Shown here one piece after another: positions 58,362 to 64,000 of a stretch of 64,000 bases of DNA (position 1 is the stretch's first letter; every line of letters starts with the position of its first letter). The notes beneath the pieces are model-generated. The model had not been told where the DNA came from and did not search any database. It saw only the letters and a list, made by a program, of their open reading frames with translations. A program made the position numbers and the translations under genes. Location: the NCBI GenBank assembly GCA_963708075.1, contig OY970194.1:4768001-4832000 (forward strand), written 5' to 3'. The DNA comes from Sedimentisphaerales bacterium. Lineage in GTDB: Bacteria > Planctomycetota > Phycisphaerae > Sedimentisphaerales > Anaerobacaceae.

Positions 58362-59792
58362 TCAGCCCTTGACGCAGATCAGGGGTTCGAGGCGGGCGAC
58401 CTTGTTGGCCAGGCCGGCGGTTTCGGTGGCGTCGACGACGGCTGCGACATCCTTGTAGGCGCCGGGGGCTTCCTCGGCGATGCCGCGGGCGGAGGTGCCT
58501 CGGATGAGGATGCCCTTCTGGGCCAGGTGCATGATGATGTCCTTGCCCTTCCAACGTTTGGTGGCCTGGCTTCGGCTCATGGATCGGCCGGCCCCGTGAC
58601 AGCAGGAGCCGAAGGACAGTCGCATGCCTTCGGCCGTGCCGACAAGGATGTAAGAGGCGGTGCCCATCGTGCCGCCGATGAGGACCGGCTGGCCGACCGG
58701 CTGCAGGTCCTTCGGCAGCGACGGGTCCCCGGGACCGAAGGCACGCGTCGCGCCTTTGCGGTGCACGTACAGCTTTTTCTTTTGGCCGTCGAGGAAATGC
58801 TCCTCGACCTTGCACGTATTGTGCGAGACATCGTAGAGCAGCGTGAGATTGGCGCGAGAGTAGATTTGCGCGAATGCTTCGCGGGCTAAATGCATCAGCA
58901 CCTGCCGGTTGGCCAGGGCGCAATTGATCCCCGCACACATCGCTCCATAATATTGCCGGCCCACGTCGGACTTGATCGGGGCACAGGCCAGCTCCTTTTC
59001 GGGCAACTCGATGCCCTGCTCTTTGGCCGTCTTGATCATCTTGGCCAGGTAATCGGTCGCAATCTGATGGCCCAGACCGCGGGAGCCGCAGTGGATCATC
59101 AGGATGACGTCGTTGAGGGCCACGCCGAGGACTTTGGCGATGTCCTCGCGGTAGACCGCCGTGACTCGTTGCACTTCGAGGTAATGGTTGCCCGAGCCGA
59201 GCGTGCCGACTTCGCTCTCCTGCCGCTCCTTGGCATGCTCCGAGACGTACCTCGGCTCAGCCCCCGGCATCTTGCCATTTTCCTCGACGTACGCCAGATC
59301 GGCCCGGGTCCCGTATCCCTGCTCGACGGCCCACTCCGCGCCGCCTAGCAGCATGTCGTCCATTTCCCCGGCGGAGACCCGCAGCTTGCCCCTGCTGCCG
59401 ACGCCGGCGGGGATTCGCCGGGCCAGTACGTCCGCCAGTTCCGGCTTGTTGTCTTCGATGTCATCCGCGGTCAGTCCGGTGCGGACGGCCCGCACGCCGC
59501 AGGAAATATCGAAGCCGACCCCGCCCGCCGAGATCACCCCGCCCTGATCCGGATCGAACGCGCCGACGCCCCCGATGGGAAAGCCGTAGCCCCAGTGGGC
59601 GTCGGGCATCGCGTACGAGGCCTTCACGATGCCGGGCAGAGCAGCCACGTTCGCCGCCTGCTGGAAAACCTGCTCCTCCATCGCGCGGACCAGCTCATCA
59701 TCGGCGTAGATGATCACCGGCACCTGCATCTTGCCGACGGGCGCGATTGTCCATTGTGCGTCACCAGTTTTCTGCAATCTCTCGGTGTACAT
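58362..59792 (-). CDS. rtcB: RNA 2',3'-cyclic phosphate ligase RtcB (archaeal/eukaryotic-type)
   Basis: MPDAHWGYGFPIG, GVGFDISCG, GTLGSGNHY.E, H.GSRGLGH, HRKGAT, GGTMG, HGAGR, EEAP.AYK. Confidence 0.96.
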   Translation of the reverse strand: MYTERLQKTGDAQWTIAPVGKMQVPVIIYADDELVRAMEEQVFQQAANVAALPGIVKASYAMPDAHWGYGFPIGGVGAFDPDQGGVISAGGVGFDISCGVRAVRTGLTADDIEDNKPELADVLARRIPAGVGSRGKLRVSAGEMDDMLLGGAEWAVEQGYGTRADLAYVEENGKMPGAEPRYVSEHAKERQESEVGTLGSGNHYLEVQRVTAVYREDIAKVLGVALNDVILMIHCGSRGLGHQIATDYLAKMIKTAKEQGIELPEKELACAPIKSDVGRQYYGAMCAGINCALANRQVLMHLAREAFAQIYSRANLTLLYDVSHNTCKVEEHFLDGQKKKLYVHRKGATRAFGPGDPSLPKDLQPVGQPVLIGGTMGTASYILVGTAEGMRLSFGSCCHGAGRSMSRSQATKRWKGKDIIMHLAQKGILIRGTSARGIAEEAPGAYKDVAAVVDATETAGLANKVARLEPLICVKG

Positions 59793-59816
59793 CCTTGTGC
59801 TCCTGTCTATGCATCG

Positions 59817-59845
59817 CATAGGACCTATAGGACGAATGGGACCTA
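59817..59845. repeat. 9-mer tandem repeat
   Basis: cataggacc-tataggacg-aatgggacc between archease and rtcB. Confidence 0.6.
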
Positions 59846-60268
59846 TCAGACATCTACAATGCACTGGGCAACCCAGTTGCCTTCGTTGTCGCGGCCGACT
59901 TCCAGGCCGGCGTATGTGGCGGCCTTGACCTCGACCGCGGGCTCGTGCTTCGCCACGTCCACCGGCTCGCCCCAGGCCTTTGCCTTCAGACCCCCTTCGA
60001 CAAGCTCAATCTCGAACCGACTGAAGAGCATGTTCCGGGCGTCCATCTCGTACAGCAGCGAGCTGAGCCAGACCATGAAGAGCATCTCGTCGTCGTCCTC
60101 TTCGCAGGCGATGTCAACAACCTCCTTCGGCTCGACTTTCTCGAGGTCGGCAATCACGGCCGTCAACGCCATCGCCGCCTGCGCGAACGCCTCGGCCTTC
60201 GTCGGCGCCACGCCGCGAATCCCGATATCCGACGGATGCGAAATATGCTCCCAGTGTCCTCGTGTCAT
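59846..60268 (-). CDS. Archease (RtcB activator)
   Basis: H.SDIGIR, AF.QAA.A, WLS.LLY, GE....H....EVKAATY, C-terminal DV; directly upstream of rtcB. Confidence 0.92.
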   Translation of the reverse strand: MTRGHWEHISHPSDIGIRGVAPTKAEAFAQAAMALTAVIADLEKVEPKEVVDIACEEDDDEMLFMVWLSSLLYEMDARNMLFSRFEIELVEGGLKAKAWGEPVDVAKHEPAVEVKAATYAGLEVGRDNEGNWVAQCIVDV

Positions 60269-60454
60269 ACAGGCTCGAATCTCACACTCAGGTCCAGAAA
60301 CCTCGCCCATCCTATTCGACAATCCGCGTGCGAGGAATCAGTTTTCCCCTGAATCGCCGGGCGAAGGCAAAATCGTTCGACAGCATCGCCAAGTGTGTCA
60401 TTGCGAGTCGATCAGCCACAGGGCGGCTGGTGTCGGGAAGAAACGAGGTGGCCT

Positions 60455-60533
60455 GGGCGCAATGCTTACGCTCGCGTAAGCATGCCTTACCCATCGAGCG
60501 GAACATGTCTACACAGGCGTAGACATGGCGCCC
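60455..60533. repeat. Family B palindromic element
   Basis: atgcttacgctcgcgtaagcatg...catgtctacacaggcgtagacatggcgccc. Confidence 0.85.
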
Positions 60534-60562
60534 ACCGCCGCACCTGCAGCCTCCCGACTCGC

Positions 60563-62893
60563 CTATTTCGCCGGCAACTCGGAGGACCAGCCGGTCTCGT
60601 TGTGGCCGGTGGACGTGTCACGGGCTTTCACGAGGAAGCGATGCCACTGGCCGATGCGGCCGACCTTGACCGTGTACTCGCGGGACTTCTGCCAACCGCT
60701 GCTGAAGCCCGATTCCGTCGTGCACAGGAAGAAGTACTCGACTTCGGCGGCGTCGTCAGTCGCTTCCACGGCTTTCATGGTCGCGTAGTAATTGAAGCTG
60801 CCACCGCCGATATTGATCTCCCTCGGCTCGATCTCCCACTTCATGGGATCCGGCGTCGGCGGCTGCATGTCCACGCTCACTACATCGGAGTAGGCCGTCG
60901 CGTTGTGCTTCGGGGATTTGTCCCTGGCCCGCACCTTGAACGAGTAGTGGCCCTTGGGCAGCGATTTCACTTCATACGTGCGGCTGTCCTGCCATCCGCT
61001 GCTGTAGGCGGAGTGTGAGGTACACTCGAACTGGTACTCGACGCCACTGCTGTCGGTCGCCGGCGTCGCCACCATGCGGATCGTGCCCGCCGCCACGCCG
61101 AACGGCTCGGTCTCCCAGGTCATCGGCTGCGGCGTCGGCGGCGTCATGTCTTCCTGCAGGGTTTTGGCCGCCGAATACTCGGACCAGTCCGTCACAGCGA
61201 GATTACCCTTGTTCCGCGCCTTGACGCGGTACCAGTACGTCGATTCCGGCGACAGGTCCTTGTCCTCCCAACGGGGTTCCTGCCCGGGCGGGAAGGACAG
61301 CCACCCGCTGTTGTAGTCAGAATGGAAGTAGTCTTCAAACCAGTACTCGACGCCGGTTCCGTCGGTGGACGTGGCCGTGGTGGCCACCATGGCGATCGTG
61401 TACGGACTGGTCGCATAAGGCTTGGTCGCCCAGGTCATCGGGCTCGGTATGGGCGCACTCGCCAGGGGCGGTCCGCTTCGCCAGGACTGACCGAGGATGG
61501 CGAGGTCCGTCAGATTGACCTTGCCGTCGCGATTCAGGTCTTCCGCCAGCAGGTTCTCCACATACGGCCATCTCTGCCCCATCCGTTTCAGGTCCGCCGG
61601 ACCCACTTGGGCGTCGTGATTCAGGTCGGCCACGCTCCCCAGATCGGAGCCAGACATGCTTGCCTGCGGGGTCCCGCCGTACGCGCCGAGATTGATCCGC
61701 TCGCCGTGCGGCCACAACTCGGCCCACCAGTTGGAGCTTGGATTGCCCGCATCGATGCAATAGCTGGTGACACTGTCGAGCATCCACCAGTTCTCCGCGG
61801 GGTCCCAGCGGCCGGTCTGCGATTTCAGGTGATAGTCGCCGTCCACCCAGAAGTCGTCGCCCGTGCCGGGCGTGCCGTTCGTGTCCCAGCGCCCGTCCCG
61901 TGCAAACTGCGGGGCCGTGATGATGTCGCCCACGCCCGTGCTCGCGCCGCCGGTGAAATCGCCGCCGTTGTTCTTCCAGAATGCGTTGTATGTGCTGTTG
62001 GCCGGCCCGAAGATGCCGCCGCCGCCCGGGGCATCGTTGAACGCGATGATATTGTTCCGCACCGTGCCGGGGCACTGGTACAGGGCGCCGCCCTGCTCGA
62101 CGGCAACGTTGCCCACGATGGTGTTGTTGATGACCGACTTCGTGCAGTTGTACAGTCCGCCGCCCTGGCGGCCGGCCTTGTTGCCGGCGATGATATTGTT
62201 GCTGATGTCGCCCAGGCAATTGGAGAGTCCGCCCCCCAGACTCTCGGCGTGGTTGCCGGAGATCAGGTTGCCGCTGATGGCTCCATTGCAGTAGTACAAG
62301 CCACCGGCCGGCCCGTTCTCCGTGATGATATTGTCCTGGATCGCGCCGGTGCAGAACGCGCAGCCGGCGCTGTTCTGGGAGATCGTGTTGCCCTGGATGA
62401 GCCCGTTGCAGGAGTAGATGCCCTCTTGGTGATTGGCGACGATGGTGTTGCCGATGATCGTCGGCGAGGCCGCGTTTCGGCCGGTGATTCCCGGGCCGTC
62501 GCAGTTGCGGATCACGTTCTTTGAGATCGTCGGGGAGGTCCCCGCGCACTGGATGCCGCGGCCGGTGATCGTGAAGCCTTCGAGGACGGACGTGTCCCCC
62601 TCGTTGAAATCGAAGGTGACGGTGGCGCCGGTCCTGTCGGTAATGACCGTGGCCTGCACGACGCCCGGATCGTCCGGATTCTCGCTGCGGACCGTGACGG
62701 CCCGGCCCTGAAAGGTGATTCGCTCGTGGTACGTGCCCGGCTTGACGATGATGATGTCACCCCGCCAGGAATTGGTCAGGGCCTCCTGGATGCTCTTGTA
62801 CGCCGCCGGACCATCGTCATCGACGATGATCGTCTTTCCCATGCAGGGCGCCACCATCAATACGGATATCAGTGCTGCAAGTAGCTTACCCAT
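60563..62893 (-). CDS. Large secreted protein: right-handed beta-helix, dockerin-like motif, three FN3-like repeats
   Basis: IIVKPGTY.E, N.I..N.A..GGG repeats, DYHL...SYCIDAG, DLN.D..V...DL x2, three P.P.PM.W...P modules. Confidence 0.8.
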   Translation of the reverse strand: MGKLLAALISVLMVAPCMGKTIIVDDDGPAAYKSIQEALTNSWRGDIIIVKPGTYHERITFQGRAVTVRSENPDDPGVVQATVITDRTGATVTFDFNEGDTSVLEGFTITGRGIQCAGTSPTISKNVIRNCDGPGITGRNAASPTIIGNTIVANHQEGIYSCNGLIQGNTISQNSAGCAFCTGAIQDNIITENGPAGGLYYCNGAISGNLISGNHAESLGGGLSNCLGDISNNIIAGNKAGRQGGGLYNCTKSVINNTIVGNVAVEQGGALYQCPGTVRNNIIAFNDAPGGGGIFGPANSTYNAFWKNNGGDFTGGASTGVGDIITAPQFARDGRWDTNGTPGTGDDFWVDGDYHLKSQTGRWDPAENWWMLDSVTSYCIDAGNPSSNWWAELWPHGERINLGAYGGTPQASMSGSDLGSVADLNHDAQVGPADLKRMGQRWPYVENLLAEDLNRDGKVNLTDLAILGQSWRSGPPLASAPIPSPMTWATKPYATSPYTIAMVATTATSTDGTGVEYWFEDYFHSDYNSGWLSFPPGQEPRWEDKDLSPESTYWYRVKARNKGNLAVTDWSEYSAAKTLQEDMTPPTPQPMTWETEPFGVAAGTIRMVATPATDSSGVEYQFECTSHSAYSSGWQDSRTYEVKSLPKGHYSFKVRARDKSPKHNATAYSDVVSVDMQPPTPDPMKWEIEPREINIGGGSFNYYATMKAVEATDDAAEVEYFFLCTTESGFSSGWQKSREYTVKVGRIGQWHRFLVKARDTSTGHNETGWSSELPAK

Positions 62894-62941
62894 AGCAATT
62901 TCCATCCTCCCTTATGCACACCACGCATTTTCTATCCGACT

Positions 62942-64000
62942 CTATGGCTGCAGGCCCTGGTGCAGGCGACCGGCCAGGCACAGATTCCCGGCGGTATCGA
63001 CACATGCCACCGTCCTGCCCAGCCAATCCTTCACCGCGAACCCGCCGCCAACCAATTCACAATTGCCCAGTTCGTTCAACTCGCCCCGAATATGCATGTT
63101 GCCGTCGAGGTCAATATATCCCGCGACCTGCTGGTCCGGGCCGTTGATCACAAACGCACCGCCCGGCGGTGCACCCTCAATCCCCGTTGTCAGGCTGCCG
63201 TGCAACACGAGGTTGCCCTCGTCGTCAAACTCGGCCACCGTCTGCCCCAGGTTGCCGGTGACGCTGAGAATCACCCTGCCCGTTGCCGGTTCGGCCGGAT
63301 CTGTCGAGCCGAAGATCAATGAATACGACTGCTGCGGCTGAGGCACGGTCGTACCCAAGACCGTGGCAACCCATCGGCCCTCCGCAGGATTCTCGACCAG
63401 CACCTGCTCGACGTTGTTCGTGTGGTCGGCCCGCGTCCGCTCCGCCGGCTTCTCTGGCGACAATGGGTCGAGCGTCCACGGGTAATACTGCTTTGCGTCC
63501 GGACCCGTCACCACAAGGTCGAGATCGTTCACCAGCGCCTGCCCCGCCAGCGGATCGCCGGCGTAGTCGTCCCAGATGAGCGTCAGCTTCAGCGCGTTTG
63601 CGCCGGAGGGGATGTTCAGCGTGTACACGTCGCGTTCATCCTGCTGCAGGATCATGTCCTCCACGATCGTGGCGGCGCGGACTTGGTCGATGGCGGTCTT
63701 GGCATCGATCAGGCCGTACCCATAGGCGTAGTCGGGACCCGGAGTGCCCAGATCTCTGGCTGTATGCAGGAGCAGTCCTTTGATCGTCGAGGACAATGGG
63801 TCCCTGCCATGCGTGGCCCGCCAGTCTTCGAGGATCAGCGCCATCGTGCCCGAGACGGCAGGGGCCGCCTGCGACGTGCCGCAGGCTCCGCCGTAGCGGT
63901 TGCCCGGCAGAGTGGACCAGATCGCTCCGCCATTGCGGGCCTCGCAGCCCGGCGCGACCACGTCGGGCTTGAGCCGTCCGTCGGCGGTCGGGCCCTTGTC
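62942..64000 (-). CDS. Subtilisin-like S8 serine peptidase, C-terminal part (5' end outside window)
   Basis: GRLKPDVVAPG, GTS.AAP.VSG, LL.TA.DLG, YGYG, LTL.W.D, LVNDLDL, NNVEQV. Confidence 0.88.
   Translation of the reverse strand, partial: DKGPTADGRLKPDVVAPGCEARNGGAIWSTLPGNRYGGACGTSQAAPAVSGTMALILEDWRATHGRDPLSSTIKGLLLHTARDLGTPGPDYAYGYGLIDAKTAIDQVRAATIVEDMILQQDERDVYTLNIPSGANALKLTLIWDDYAGDPLAGQALVNDLDLVVTGPDAKQYYPWTLDPLSPEKPAERTRADHTNNVEQVLVENPAEGRWVATVLGTTVPQPQQSYSLIFGSTDPAEPATGRVILSVTGNLGQTVAEFDDEGNLVLHGSLTTGIEGAPPGGAFVINGPDQQVAGYIDLDGNMHIRGELNELGNCELVGGGFAVKDWLGRTVACVDTAGNLCLAGRLHQGLQP

Overview
GC-rich bacterial chromosomal window. It is most likely an anaerobic planctomycete (Phycisphaerae/Sedimentisphaerales-like), inferred from gene content rather than from a marker gene. 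1-16.5 kb is mostly housekeeping: small Myb/GcrA-like HTH protein, UroD/MtaA-like protein, trpS, scpA, trxA, nfnAB, CE15 esterase, DUF1015, class V aminotransferase and a GT2. It also holds an uncharacterised gene whose 3' half is a repeat/spacer-like mosaic interrupted by a complete ISAs1 element. 16.5-50.7 kb is a run of co-oriented minus-strand genes, resuming at 52.4-57 kb after one plus-strand gene. It contains 12 Tat-signal Gfo/Idh/MocA oxidoreductase paralogs, DUF1080 and TIM-barrel (AP_endonuc_2) proteins, ThuA/HEAT proteins, DUF6807 proteins, a GH10, a 7-heme cytochrome c with a cytochrome b, an NCS1 permease and a lipoprotein-GT-C-apbE unit. This resembles a hugely expanded, exported oxidation/elimination/hydration glycoside-cleavage locus. 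The right end has a frameshifted pseudopilin-like gene, rtcB-archease and large secreted proteins. Intergenic DNA is saturated with REP/MITE-like palindromes and 7-/9-mer tandem repeats, and one palindrome is inserted in frame inside a gene. No rRNA, tRNA or canonical CRISPR-Cas was seen. All family assignments come from motif recognition, with no database search.
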